The notes under the pieces: model-generated | What the model saw: only the letters and a program-made list of their open reading frames with translations | What the model was told of the DNA's origin: nothing | Database searches by the model: none | Part shown: piece by piece, positions 5,262 to 14,863 of the stretch | How the letters are laid out: each line of letters begins with the position of its first letter | Numbering within the stretch: position 1 is the first letter of the stretch | Made by a program: the position numbers and the translations under genes | NCBI GenBank assembly: GCA_043810865.1 | Contig: JBDRNS010000014.1 | Coordinates: 1 to 54,078, forward strand | Length of the DNA stretch: 54,078 nt | From: an archaeon | GTDB taxonomy: Archaea; Nanobdellota; Nanobdellia; Pacearchaeales; GW2011-AR1 | Reading direction: 5' to 3'

Positions 5262-7256
5262 ATGAAAATGAGGGTGATAATTGCTTCAGTGATTTTTTTG
5301 TTTTTGATGGTTTCGACAGTTTCTGCAGAAATAATTTTTGACCAGCAGCCAGGAGAAGTTTACAATCTTGGAGATAATTTTCCTGTTTTTGTGACATTAA
5401 AACCAAATGTTGACGTTACCGGAAATTTTGACATGAACCTCATATGCAACGGGCAGGAAGTTAATTTTTACAAGAATCCTGTTATTATTTCTGCGGGAGA
5501 GGAAAAGAAAATTGAGGCGGCATTAATTCTCAGGAAAGATTTTATCGGGAACCTGACGGGAAATTGCAAAATAAAAGCAATTCTTGGAGGTGATACTGCA
5601 CCAACAAATCAGTTTAAAGTTTCTGACATGGTGGAAATAATTCTCAGGACAGGGAAAACAGAGTTCAATCCAGGAGAAAACATTCTTATCGAGGGAGATG
5701 CCTCAAAAGAAAACAACAAGGGTGTTAATGGTTTTGTTGATTTGGCTGTCATGGGCGAGAATTCAGCGAATCAGACATACAAAGGAACTGTGAATAACGG
5801 CTATTTTGCGATAAATTTTGCATTCCCAAAAGAAACAAAAGCAGGGCTGTATTCCATGATGCTAAATGCTTATGAGAAGGACTCAAACGGGGAAATAACA
5901 AACAAAGGAGTTGCTATTTCAAGCATTACAATAAAACAAGTCCCGACGAGTTTGGAAATAATATTTAACGAGCAGGAAGTTTTACCCGGGACGAACATGG
6001 AAGTCAAGGCAGTTCTCCATGACCAGACAGGGGAGAGCATTCCTTCAAAAGCAATAATAACAGTCAAGGACAAGAACAATAAAATTTATGAGCAAACAGA
6101 AATGCCGACGGATGAGTTCCTTGAATTTCTTACCGCGAACAACCAGCCGCCTTCTGAGTGGACAGTTGTTGCTGTTTCAAACAAGCTTACAAGCCATTCG
6201 ATGTTCAAAGTTATAGCGAAGGAATCAATAAAAACAGAAGTTATTAACAAGACATTAATTATTTATAACGACGGGAATGTGCCTTACAATAAGACACTTC
6301 TTGTGAAAATAGGCGAGGAAAGTTTGAATCTTAATGTTTATCTTCTGGTTGATGAAGTGAAGAAATATATCCTTTCTGCTCCCGACGGAGAATACAGTGT
6401 TGAGATAATAGAAGACGGTGAGACAGCGCTTATTTCCGGCGGTGTGACTCTTACAGGAAAGGCAGTTGACATAAGAGAGTTTAACAGCGCGGGCTTCAAG
6501 AGTTATTATCTTGCATGGATTTTTGTAATCCTTATTCTCGGTTTTGTGGCTTTCATTATTTTCAGGAGAGGATACAGAAGAAGTTTTTTTGGATACATTC
6601 CTTTCAGAAGAAAAAAGGCGGACAAAGTTATAAGCAAAAAAAGTTTCCTGCCTCATCCAAGAAATGCGGCTGAACTATCTCTTTCATTAAGGGGGGACAG
6701 GCAAAACACAAGCATGGTTTGCCTTAAATTAAAGAACTTTGACGAAATACAAAACAGCGACGGAAATGCCGATGAGACAATTAAGAATATAATAGGTGCT
6801 GCCGAGAATGAAAAGGGGTATGTGTATGAAAACAATGACAATTTATTTTTTATTTTTGCTCCTCTTAATACCAGAACATTCCATAATGAAAAAACATCTA
6901 TGAAATTTGCAAAAAACGCGGAAGAAATTTTAACAGAACACAACAAAATGTTCAAGCAGAAAATAGAATTCGGAATATCTGTTGATTATGGCTCGGTAAT
7001 TGCTAAAAAAGAAGGGGACGAAATGAGATTCCTTAGCTTCGGCGATTTGATTCAAAGAATGAAGAAAATAGCTTCAGTTGCTGAAAATGAAGTTTTGCTC
7101 AGCGAGAAAATGAAAGAAAAACTTGCAACTGAAATAAAAACAGAGAGGCATGTTAAAAGCGGAATGAATGTTTATTCTGTTAAGGAAGTAAGAGACAGAG
7201 AAAAGCATAAAAAACTTGCAGAGGATGTTATGAAAAGAATCAATAAGAAAGATTAA
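5262..7256 (+). CDS. Receptor-like membrane protein: extracellular beta-rich domains, one TM, cytoplasmic degenerate cyclase-homology-like domain
   Basis: Signal/anchor MRVIIASVIFLFLMVSTVSA. TM segment YLAWIFVILILGFVAFIIF. The C-terminal ~190 aa aligns by eye to class III cyclase motifs (GDRQNTSMVCLKLKNFD; IEFGISVDYGSVIA; FGDLIQRMKKIAS). Start moved to ATG 5262 because the TATA box ATTTATAAAT (5232-5241) lies inside the longer ORF. Confidence 0.6.
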   Translation: MKMRVIIASVIFLFLMVSTVSAEIIFDQQPGEVYNLGDNFPVFVTLKPNVDVTGNFDMNLICNGQEVNFYKNPVIISAGEEKKIEAALILRKDFIGNLTGNCKIKAILGGDTAPTNQFKVSDMVEIILRTGKTEFNPGENILIEGDASKENNKGVNGFVDLAVMGENSANQTYKGTVNNGYFAINFAFPKETKAGLYSMMLNAYEKDSNGEITNKGVAISSITIKQVPTSLEIIFNEQEVLPGTNMEVKAVLHDQTGESIPSKAIITVKDKNNKIYEQTEMPTDEFLEFLTANNQPPSEWTVVAVSNKLTSHSMFKVIAKESIKTEVINKTLIIYNDGNVPYNKTLLVKIGEESLNLNVYLLVDEVKKYILSAPDGEYSVEIIEDGETALISGGVTLTGKAVDIREFNSAGFKSYYLAWIFVILILGFVAFIIFRRGYRRSFFGYIPFRRKKADKVISKKSFLPHPRNAAELSLSLRGDRQNTSMVCLKLKNFDEIQNSDGNADETIKNIIGAAENEKGYVYENNDNLFFIFAPLNTRTFHNEKTSMKFAKNAEEILTEHNKMFKQKIEFGISVDYGSVIAKKEGDEMRFLSFGDLIQRMKKIASVAENEVLLSEKMKEKLATEIKTERHVKSGMNVYSVKEVRDREKHKKLAEDVMKRINKKD

Positions 7257-7894
7257 GCCCTGTTGTTTTTTATTTTTGGTTTTTGCTCTTTATTTCTGCG
7301 CGACATGATTTTATTTATTTTATCCGAGAAGAAATAACTAAGATTAAGGAATTTCATCCCCATCCCAAGCATTATAAAAATCAGGCCAAACAGAACATAT
7401 ATTACAAATACAGTTCCTGCCCTGGAAAACAGGATTGACAGGAAACCGAAGAAAGAATTTTCAACAAAAGAAAGAAGATATTTTATAATTAAAGCAGGGA
7501 GAGAAACAAATATTAAAAAAACACCTGCAAGAAATAAGAAATTTGTTTTTTGCTCTGAGAGGAAGAACACTAATACAATCATAGCCAAAGAGATAATTAA
7601 TGAAATGTAAAATGTTTTTGCCCAGAATTTTCCTGCATCCTCGGAAAACATGGAATTAATAAAACCAAACAAGCATTCAAAAAATGACTCGCATTCCCTG
7701 CTGTTAATTTCGTTTTCTATTTGCTCCAAGACAGCAGGATTGTCTACATAATCTGAAAAATGAGATTGTCCTTCGGAATTTAACTGATAATCCTGAAGCG
7801 AGAGCATAAAATTAAGAGACAAACTTCCTGCGAACAAAGAAAAAAACAGCAAAAATCCCGCGAAAAAATGCAAACTGCCTCTGATAAATCCCAT
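7253..7894 (-). CDS. Integral membrane protein, unknown function
   Basis: Several hydrophobic segments. TTTTATAAAC-type box upstream on the minus strand (about 7912-7921). Confidence 0.6.
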   Translation of the reverse strand: MGFIRGSLHFFAGFLLFFSLFAGSLSLNFMLSLQDYQLNSEGQSHFSDYVDNPAVLEQIENEINSRECESFFECLFGFINSMFSEDAGKFWAKTFYISLIISLAMIVLVFFLSEQKTNFLFLAGVFLIFVSLPALIIKYLLSFVENSFFGFLSILFSRAGTVFVIYVLFGLIFIMLGMGMKFLNLSYFFSDKINKIMSRRNKEQKPKIKNNRA

Positions 7895-7924
7895 TGCAGA
7901 ATACGGGAAGCCAAGTTTATAAAA

Positions 7925-8287
7925 TTAGTGTCTTCTTATCAATTTCTTCTCGGTTTTTTCAGGATTGAAAGCACTGATTAATTCTCTGAAGATATTTTTT
8001 GCATTAGGAATATTATTTTTATTGTAATTACAAACAAAGATATCCAGAGTAAGATAATTATTTCTCTCGGGCCAGGTGTGAATTGAAACATGCGACTCGG
8101 AGAGAAGAACATAGCCGGTTATTCCTCCGTCTTCACCAAACTTGTGAAAATATTTCTTCAGTATAGTTAAATTATTTTTCCTGATTGATTTCTTCAGGAG
8201 TTCGCTCAGTTTTGTTTTGTCTACAAGCAAGTCAGAATTTTTGCATCCATAAAAGTTGGCTATTATGTGCAGTCCCTTTTCATTCAT
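7925..8287 (-). CDS. speH: S-adenosylmethionine decarboxylase proenzyme (pyruvoyl, class 1)
   Basis: LLSESHVSIHTWPE self-cleavage motif. Start trimmed to ATG 8287 (MNEKGLH...), which is preceded by GGTGGTGA. The longer ORF would run through its own AT-rich promoter. Confidence 0.85.
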   Translation of the reverse strand: MNEKGLHIIANFYGCKNSDLLVDKTKLSELLKKSIRKNNLTILKKYFHKFGEDGGITGYVLLSESHVSIHTWPERNNYLTLDIFVCNYNKNNIPNAKNIFRELISAFNPEKTEKKLIRRH

Positions 8288-8361
8288 TTCACCACCGTTA
8301 AAATATTTATTTGAAATATATATCATCAAATTCTATTTAAAAATCTATTCCTTTAAGGATT

Positions 8362-9240
8362 TTACATCCTTTCCAGAAGTTCTATTCTTTTTTCCAAAGG
8401 AGGGTGGGTTGAAGAAAGATTTCTGAAAGGGTTTGAAAAAAATAAAGGAGCAACGGCTTTGCTGATTTTTTTCTCAACCAATCCCTCGCTCTGAATTTTC
8501 TTTAGTGCGCCGATAAGTCCGTGAGGATAACGCGTGAATTTTACAGCTGTTGAGTCGGCATTATATTCTCTGCGACGTGAAATTGCAAGCTGCACAAGTG
8601 AAACAATTATCGGCGCGAGAATTGCAAGAGCAATTCCAATTAAGATAAATATGAAATTTTTATTATCGTTGTTACCGCTTCTGAACCACAAACTTCTTAA
8701 AAAAATTTCAGAAACAATTGCAATCATTCCCACCATAATTGTCGCAAGAGTCATATATCTTATATCATAATTTGCAACATGCGAAAGTTCGTGCGCGAGA
8801 ACGCCTTCAAGTTCTCTTTTGTCAAGTTTTTCCAAAGCACCTTTTGTAACGCAAACAACAGCGTTTTCAGGATTTCTGCCTGAAGCAAAAGCGTTTATTT
8901 GCTGAGATTCCATGATATAAAGTTTTGGCATCGGCATTCCAGAAGCAATTGTCAGTCCTTCCACCAAATCATGAAACTGCTTGTGTTTTTCTCCGGAAGC
9001 CGGCTTGGCACCGACGCTGGCAATTGCAATTTTTCCTGAATTGTAATAACTAATCCAAATGTAAGTCAGGGAAAAAATTATAGCGATTATCATGATAATA
9101 AAAAAATATCCCGGAGAAAATGCAAATGAAATTACATATCCAAACAAAACAAAAACAATGAAAATTGCAACCATTAAGAAAAATGATTTCCATTTGTTTC
9201 TTGAAATTTCATCGCGGAAGTCAATTCTTGTTTTTTGCAT
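8362..9240 (-). CDS. htpX: M48 family zinc metalloprotease HtpX
   Basis: Four TM segments, HELSHVANYD (HExxH), typical HtpX length. Confidence 0.85.
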   Translation of the reverse strand: MQKTRIDFRDEISRNKWKSFFLMVAIFIVFVLFGYVISFAFSPGYFFIIMIIAIIFSLTYIWISYYNSGKIAIASVGAKPASGEKHKQFHDLVEGLTIASGMPMPKLYIMESQQINAFASGRNPENAVVCVTKGALEKLDKRELEGVLAHELSHVANYDIRYMTLATIMVGMIAIVSEIFLRSLWFRSGNNDNKNFIFILIGIALAILAPIIVSLVQLAISRRREYNADSTAVKFTRYPHGLIGALKKIQSEGLVEKKISKAVAPLFFSNPFRNLSSTHPPLEKRIELLERM

Positions 9241-9274
9241 GAATTAAAGGAGAAGAGGAAGTTTTTAAGATTTA

Positions 9275-10552
9275 TTAGTATAAAACAAAAACACAGGATT
9301 CATGATAACACCCTATAGCCCCATTTGTAAACTTTGGATTAAGTACTTTTTCATTAAATACTTCTCTTCCAGTCCATTGTTGATACATCAAATTAAATGA
9401 ACTTTCTTCAAGATTTTCTAATTTTGTAGATAACACTTCAACGTTTGTTAAACTATATTTTTGGGATACTTCATTTAGATTATCTCTTGAAATATAATAA
9501 TTGTTAGTATTATAAAAATTAATTGCTAAATGGACCGCCATTTTATAGGCATCTGAATTGTATATTAAAATAGGCAAATTATTTTGTTCCCTAAGGTTGT
9601 TAATATTGTTGAAAATAACTCCAGTCAAACTTTTGGATTCAAATTGACTCCCAGAATTTTTCACAGAATACCCAAAATAAAGTAAACTTCCCAAGATAAT
9701 AATAAAAACAATAAAGAAGACAAATTTCCAATTACTTTTATTCAACTTCTTTTCTAATTTTTCTTTTTTTTGAGGATAATAAGAAGAAAAAAGTATTTTT
9801 TCATCCTCTTCATCTTTAACATTAAAAGATTCCTCTTTTGTATTACTCTGAAAGTTTAAATGAGATTTTCTCGCTTTATCATAATTTTCCCATGCTTTAT
9901 CATTCTCCCTATCTTCTTTTTTCTTTTTTTCTTTCCGATAATCCCAATAAGGAATACAGGGGTGTCCTCCTTCAGTTTTATAGCTTTTTTCTAAGAATTC
10001 AATATCTTCAAGTTTAGTGCTATTAAACTTAGGCATTCCTGCTAAAGTAGGATTTTTATGTTCTAAGCAGAAGATTAACTCACAAAATTTACATTTACTT
10101 AAATTTTTCTTTTTATCACATTTGTGACGATTACATTCATTTTTAATAATTTTGTCTTTTTCTCTTTTACTTTTTTGCCCTTTTTTAAATAAAGATTCTG
10201 GAATTGCTCCAGTAGTTCCCGAAGGAGGTTCCCAAGAACCCAGTTCTAAATTTGAGTGAGTTTCATGAAATTCTCCTCCGTGCCCAATATGTTGTAAATG
10301 ACTAACTTCATGTGTAGCAGTTTTTCTTATATCATCCTCTGACATTGTTTTTAATTCTGGTTCAGCAATACATATTATTTTTTCTTCATGATGTATGTGT
10401 GCCCTCTCTCCTTTATCAAAGTGATTCTCATAATGATTCCAAAATCTAACTTTTGGATTTTTAGCACCTAAAGAATTTGCTGCTTTTTCTACTTCTTTTA
10501 AGAAGAAACTTTTCTTATACTCCAGTATTGCTTTATCTGGTTTTGATACCAT
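9275..10552 (-). CDS. Multidomain protein: HExxH metalloprotease-like N-domain, AN1-like zinc finger, TM, extracellular CAP/SCP-like domain
   Basis: THEVSHLQHIGHGGEFHE (nt 10298-10312 encode HEVSH). Cys/His cluster CNRHKC-x8-CKFC-x4-CLEH...GGHPC (nt 9956-10135). TM segment WKFVFFIVFIIILGSLLYFGY. The C-terminal ~130 aa resembles YkwD/CAP domains. Confidence 0.5.
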   Translation of the reverse strand: MVSKPDKAILEYKKSFFLKEVEKAANSLGAKNPKVRFWNHYENHFDKGERAHIHHEEKIICIAEPELKTMSEDDIRKTATHEVSHLQHIGHGGEFHETHSNLELGSWEPPSGTTGAIPESLFKKGQKSKREKDKIIKNECNRHKCDKKKNLSKCKFCELIFCLEHKNPTLAGMPKFNSTKLEDIEFLEKSYKTEGGHPCIPYWDYRKEKKKKEDRENDKAWENYDKARKSHLNFQSNTKEESFNVKDEEDEKILFSSYYPQKKEKLEKKLNKSNWKFVFFIVFIIILGSLLYFGYSVKNSGSQFESKSLTGVIFNNINNLREQNNLPILIYNSDAYKMAVHLAINFYNTNNYYISRDNLNEVSQKYSLTNVEVLSTKLENLEESSFNLMYQQWTGREVFNEKVLNPKFTNGAIGCYHESCVFVLY

Positions 10553-10606
10553 TTTGTAAAACTTTATTATTAGAAATAAATATAAGATTTAAAACTTGCT
10601 AAATCC

Positions 10607-11158
10607 TTAAAACTCAACCTTAACATTTTTCTTCTCTGCCTCTGTTATCTGCAAAAATTCTTTTCTCTTTTTTCCGTAAAGCTGCGCGAAGAATTTTCCC
10701 GGGAAAGTTGCATAAAGATTATTGTAAGTCAAGATGCTGTCGTTGTAATACTGCCTTGCATAAGCAATTCTGTCTTCTGTCGTGCTTAACTCTCTTTGCA
10801 GTTCAAGGAAATTTGTGTTTGCTTTCAAGTCAGGATAATTTTCCGCGATTGCGAACAGCCGTCCTAAAAAACCTTCAAGTTTTTTGTCTGCTTTTACTTT
10901 TTCTCCCACGCCACGGGCAGAAACAAGCGCTTTTCTGGCGTCGTTAACTGACTGAATAAGCGTTTTCTCGTGCTTCATATAGCCCTTCACACTTTCAATC
11001 AAATTTGGAATTAAATCAGCTCTTCTTTTCAGCTGAACATTAATCTGGCTTAGAGAATTTTCAATTCTGTTTTCCAAAACCGCGAAGCGGTTGTAATACC
11101 AAAAAAGAATAAACACAATTAATGCTGCAATTCCGACAACAATCCAAATCCAAACCAT
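10607..11158 (-). CDS. lemA: LemA family membrane protein
   Basis: N-terminal TM plus the conserved LemA core (QLKRRADLIPNLIESVKGYMKHEK; ARQYYNDSILTYN). Confidence 0.85.
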   Translation of the reverse strand: MVWIWIVVGIAALIVFILFWYYNRFAVLENRIENSLSQINVQLKRRADLIPNLIESVKGYMKHEKTLIQSVNDARKALVSARGVGEKVKADKKLEGFLGRLFAIAENYPDLKANTNFLELQRELSTTEDRIAYARQYYNDSILTYNNLYATFPGKFFAQLYGKKRKEFLQITEAEKKNVKVEF

Positions 11159-11232
11159 AATGAAAAAAGATGAAAGGAATTTATAAAGTTATCTGACAAA
11201 AACTTTATTAAGTTTGCAGAGTTTTGGTTGAG

Positions 11233-13830
11233 ATGAAAAAGAGCGTGAAGAAAAAAGCAATTTCTGAACACGATTCTTCTGATTTTATAAAGTGGTTTTC
11301 TGAAATCAGCAAAAATGATGTGAAAACTGCAGGAGGGAAAGGGGCAAATCTCGGCGAGATGTATAATTTCAAAATTCCTGTTCCTCCTGGATTTGCCGTG
11401 ACAGCACAGGCATATGATTATTTTATTGAGAAAGCAGGAATAAAAGAAAAAATCAGCAAGCTTCTCGGAGAGATTGAATACAGCAACACAAGACAACTTG
11501 ACGAAACGACGAAAAAAATCAGGGAATTAGTAATAAAATCAGAAATGCCTGAAGAAATGAGAAGCGAAATTGTTGAGGCGTATGAAACACTTAACTTTGA
11601 GTGGGAGTCGGACAACAAAACAGTTAATGACATATTAAAGAGAATGCCTGAGAATGTTTTTGTCGCAGTCAGGAGTTCAGCGACGGCGGAGGATTTGGAA
11701 GATGCGAGTTTTGCGGGACAGCAAGAGACATTTCTTAATATAAAGGGGAACGAAAATTTAATTGAGGCGATAAAAAAATGCTTTGCGTCTCTTTTCACGT
11801 CGAGGGCAACATATTACAGGCAAAAAAAAGGTTTCAAGCATGAGGAAACGAGCTTGGCTGTTATTGTGCAAAAGATGGTTGATTCGGATAAGTCAGGAGT
11901 CATATTCTCAAAAGATCCTTCATACAAAAATGACAATGTAATAATCGAGGCGGTTTTTGGGCTCGGAGAAGGAATTGTTTCAGGAAAAATTACGCCGGAC
12001 AAATATGTTGTTTCCGGAGGAATGGAAATTATCGACGAGAAAATAGCAAACAAAAAAATTGCGATAACGAGAAATTCCGGCGGAGAGCAGACAGAAGTCA
12101 AGCTTAGCAACGACAAAGCAAATTCAAAAGTCCTCAAAGACGGCGAGATAAAAAAACTTGCCGAGCTCTCATTGAAACTGGAAAAGCATTATCAAAAGCC
12201 ACAGGATATTGAATTTGCGATTGAGGGAGATGAAATATATATTGTCCAAACGAGAGCAATAACAACTGTGAAAAACAGAATTGAAATAGGAGATGCAGAA
12301 GGGCTGAAGGGTGAAATCATACTCAAGGGGCTTGCAGCGTCGCCGGGAATTGCGGCGGGAAAAATAAGAATTGTCAGAAGAATGGAGGATTTGGACAAAA
12401 TCAAAGAAGGTGATGTTCTTGTTACAAAAATGACTAATCCGGATATGGTTGTAAGCATGCAAAAAGCCGCGGCGATTGTGACGGATGAAGGAGGTTTAAC
12501 AGCGCACGCGGCGATTGTTTCAAGAGAAATGGGAATTCCCTGTGTCGTCGGGACGGGAACAGCGACGGAGAAACTAAAAGAAGGTGAAATTATAACTGTC
12601 GATGGTTTTAGAGGAGAAATTTACAAGGGCAAACTTGAAAGCGCGAAGGCAGGTAAAAAAGAAATTCTTCCTGTAACTGCAAAAACAAAGACAAAAATAA
12701 AGGTCATAGTTGACCTGCCAAGTTTTGCGCAAAGAGCGTCAAAAGCAGGAATAAAAGAAGTCGGTTTGCTCAGAATTGAAGGAATTATTGCAGAATCGGG
12801 AAAGCACCCGTATTATTTTCTTGAAAAAAACAAAATTCAGGATTATGAAAATGTAATCTGCAAAGGTGTTGATGAAATTGCAAAATATTTTGATGAACTA
12901 TGGGTGAGAACTTCTGATATCAGGAGCGATGAGTTTCAGAATTTGGATGGAGCCAAGAAAGAAAAAGAAGCGAATCCTATGCTGGGCATGCACGGAATAA
13001 GATTTGGTGTTAAAGAGCCGGAGATTTTAAAAGCAGAACTTAATGCACTTAAAAGAGTTGCGGCAAAAAAGAAAAGAATTGGTGTCATGATGCCGCAGGT
13101 GATATCTGTCGATGAAGTAAAAAAAACAAAAGAAATTCTTAAGGAAATAAATTTCAGCGACGCTAAAGTCGGAGTGATGATTGAAACGCCTGCATCTGTG
13201 CAAATTATAAGAGAGCTCTGCGAAGAAGGAATTGATTTTATTTCTTTCGGAACAAATGATTTAACGCAGTATATTCTTGCTGTTGACAGAGGAAATGAAC
13301 AGGTTCAGCATCTTTACAATGAAATGCATCCGGCAGTTCTTCGACAGCTTGGATATGTTTTAAGAGTTGCGAAAAAAAACAAAGTTGAAACAAGCATTTG
13401 CGGGCAGGCAGGAAGCAGAAAAGAAATGGTTAAGTTTTTGGTGGAAAGAGAAATAGACAGCATCTCTGTAAATGCAGATGTTGCAAAAGAAATCTCAGAT
13501 TATGTTTCTGAACTGGAAAGCGGAAAAGTTCCTGAAGAAGAAAATGAAGAAACAAAAGAAAAAACAGAAGTCGTGAAAGATAAAGAAAAACCTGAAAGAG
13601 AGGGAGAGCGGCAGGAAGAGAAAAAGCTTGATGAAAAAGATGAAAACGAAATTCAAGAGGAACAGAAGGAAGGGGAAAAAGAACAGGATAAAGACAAAGA
13701 AGAAATTAAGAAAGAAAAACCTGAAAAAGAAGGTGAAGAAGAAAAACCTGAAAAAGACGTTGAAAAAAACGAATCGGGAAAAGAGGAAGAACAGCAGGAA
13801 GAGAAAAAAGAAGGATTGGATATTTTTTGA
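11233..13830 (+). CDS. ppsA: Phosphoenolpyruvate synthase / pyruvate,water dikinase with E/K-rich C-terminal tail
   Basis: GGKGANLGEM ATP-grasp region. Phosphohistidine swivel GGLTAHAAIVSREMGIPCVVG. PEP-utilising barrel GVMIETPA / FISFGTNDLTQY. The last ~110 aa are a low-complexity E/K tail. ATG 11233 is preferred over TTG 11224. Confidence 0.85.
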   Translation: MKKSVKKKAISEHDSSDFIKWFSEISKNDVKTAGGKGANLGEMYNFKIPVPPGFAVTAQAYDYFIEKAGIKEKISKLLGEIEYSNTRQLDETTKKIRELVIKSEMPEEMRSEIVEAYETLNFEWESDNKTVNDILKRMPENVFVAVRSSATAEDLEDASFAGQQETFLNIKGNENLIEAIKKCFASLFTSRATYYRQKKGFKHEETSLAVIVQKMVDSDKSGVIFSKDPSYKNDNVIIEAVFGLGEGIVSGKITPDKYVVSGGMEIIDEKIANKKIAITRNSGGEQTEVKLSNDKANSKVLKDGEIKKLAELSLKLEKHYQKPQDIEFAIEGDEIYIVQTRAITTVKNRIEIGDAEGLKGEIILKGLAASPGIAAGKIRIVRRMEDLDKIKEGDVLVTKMTNPDMVVSMQKAAAIVTDEGGLTAHAAIVSREMGIPCVVGTGTATEKLKEGEIITVDGFRGEIYKGKLESAKAGKKEILPVTAKTKTKIKVIVDLPSFAQRASKAGIKEVGLLRIEGIIAESGKHPYYFLEKNKIQDYENVICKGVDEIAKYFDELWVRTSDIRSDEFQNLDGAKKEKEANPMLGMHGIRFGVKEPEILKAELNALKRVAAKKKRIGVMMPQVISVDEVKKTKEILKEINFSDAKVGVMIETPASVQIIRELCEEGIDFISFGTNDLTQYILAVDRGNEQVQHLYNEMHPAVLRQLGYVLRVAKKNKVETSICGQAGSRKEMVKFLVEREIDSISVNADVAKEISDYVSELESGKVPEEENEETKEKTEVVKDKEKPEREGERQEEKKLDEKDENEIQEEQKEGEKEQDKDKEEIKKEKPEKEGEEEKPEKDVEKNESGKEEEQQEEKKEGLDIF

Positions 13831-13831
13831 A

Positions 13832-14341
13832 ATGATTATAAGAAAAGCGTGGTCTTGGATTGGAAACAATGATAAGCAGATACAAGTCTTGATGATAATT
13901 TTATTAATTCTTATTACATTATTTTATGCAATCTCCACATATAATATGGCGAGCATAATGAAAGAAGAATATAAAGATTTAAACACCCCTTTTGTTTCTG
14001 TGATAGTTAAACCATCTTTTTCAAACAGCGTTTATTCTCAAGAAATATTAGTGATTAATTCTGGAAATGTGCCTGTTAGAATTAAACAGACGGAAGTTAA
14101 TTTTGTTGCTGATAAAAGATTTGATAATACAATTAACAGTTCTTTTGATGTCTTATTAGGTCCAGGAAATTCCGCCTCTAACTTTATAGTTGTTGAAAAA
14201 ATGGATGAGGAATACCTTTCTTTTAATCGTATTAGAGTATATTATTCCTCTATTAATAATGGTGAAATATTCTGTCAGGAGACCCTTATGTCCTATATTA
14301 AGATTTTTGGATTTAACACTTTATCTTCCAAGACATGTTAA
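13832..14341 (+). CDS. Small membrane-anchored protein, unknown function
   Basis: Start trimmed to ATG 13832 (MIIRKAW...). The upstream part of the listed ORF is an alternative frame of the ppsA purine-rich tail. One TM segment (VLMIILLILITLFYAI). Confidence 0.55.
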   Translation: MIIRKAWSWIGNNDKQIQVLMIILLILITLFYAISTYNMASIMKEEYKDLNTPFVSVIVKPSFSNSVYSQEILVINSGNVPVRIKQTEVNFVADKRFDNTINSSFDVLLGPGNSASNFIVVEKMDEEYLSFNRIRVYYSSINNGEIFCQETLMSYIKIFGFNTLSSKTC

Positions 14342-14387
14342 ATCTCCTTTTCCCAATCTTCTAAAAATTTATAAATAATTAAACCCA

Positions 14388-14861
14388 ATGTATAACATGG
14401 TAAAAAAGAGAGTGAAGAAAAAGCCGGAACACATGAAGAAAACTTCTGCCGGAAAAGGGACGGATAAAATTCTTGTTGAAAATTTTGTCGCGCTGCAAAA
14501 AGTCATGACAAATCTTTCGGTAAGTTTTGACAATCTTTCTACCAGAATTTCCAAACTTCTTGACTTGTTTGAGATATCTGCAAAAAATCTTGCCGGAAAA
14601 GATTTTTCCATTGAGAAAAGCAACAAGAATGAAAAAGAAATTCTTAACAAGCTTAATACTTTAGGTGACCAGAATAAAGTTATTGCCCGTGGATTGACTC
14701 TTCTTCATGAAAAAGACGGCGGGCAGGAGCACAAAATAGTGCAGGAACGCATGCCTCCTGAAAAAATTCCTAGACCGCCTCAACCCGAAGGGCAAAGAAG
14801 AAACGTAATGGGCGGAGAATATCAAAAGTCGATTTCTTACAATCCTAAAAAAACAGAATAA
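14388..14861 (+). CDS. Hypothetical protein (basic N-terminus, coiled-coil-like)
   Basis: ORF with normal composition, immediately upstream of 14864-15523. No motif recognised. Confidence 0.55.
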   Translation: MYNMVKKRVKKKPEHMKKTSAGKGTDKILVENFVALQKVMTNLSVSFDNLSTRISKLLDLFEISAKNLAGKDFSIEKSNKNEKEILNKLNTLGDQNKVIARGLTLLHEKDGGQEHKIVQERMPPEKIPRPPQPEGQRRNVMGGEYQKSISYNPKKTE

Positions 14862-14863
14862 AA

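Noticed and set aside
13560-13770. Repeated GAAAAACCTGAAA and, at 16300-16640, repeated acidic E/T/P units as a possible CRISPR or tandem-repeat array
   Set aside because: The repeats are short, irregularly spaced and in frame within coding low-complexity regions. There is no repeat-spacer periodicity and there are no cas genes.
13495-13869. Phe-rich 124-aa minus-strand ORF, and the Lys/Arg-rich N-terminal part of the 13628-14341 ORF
   Set aside because: Both are alternative-frame readings of the purine-rich E/K tail of ppsA. Only the part from ATG 13832 onward looks like a real gene.
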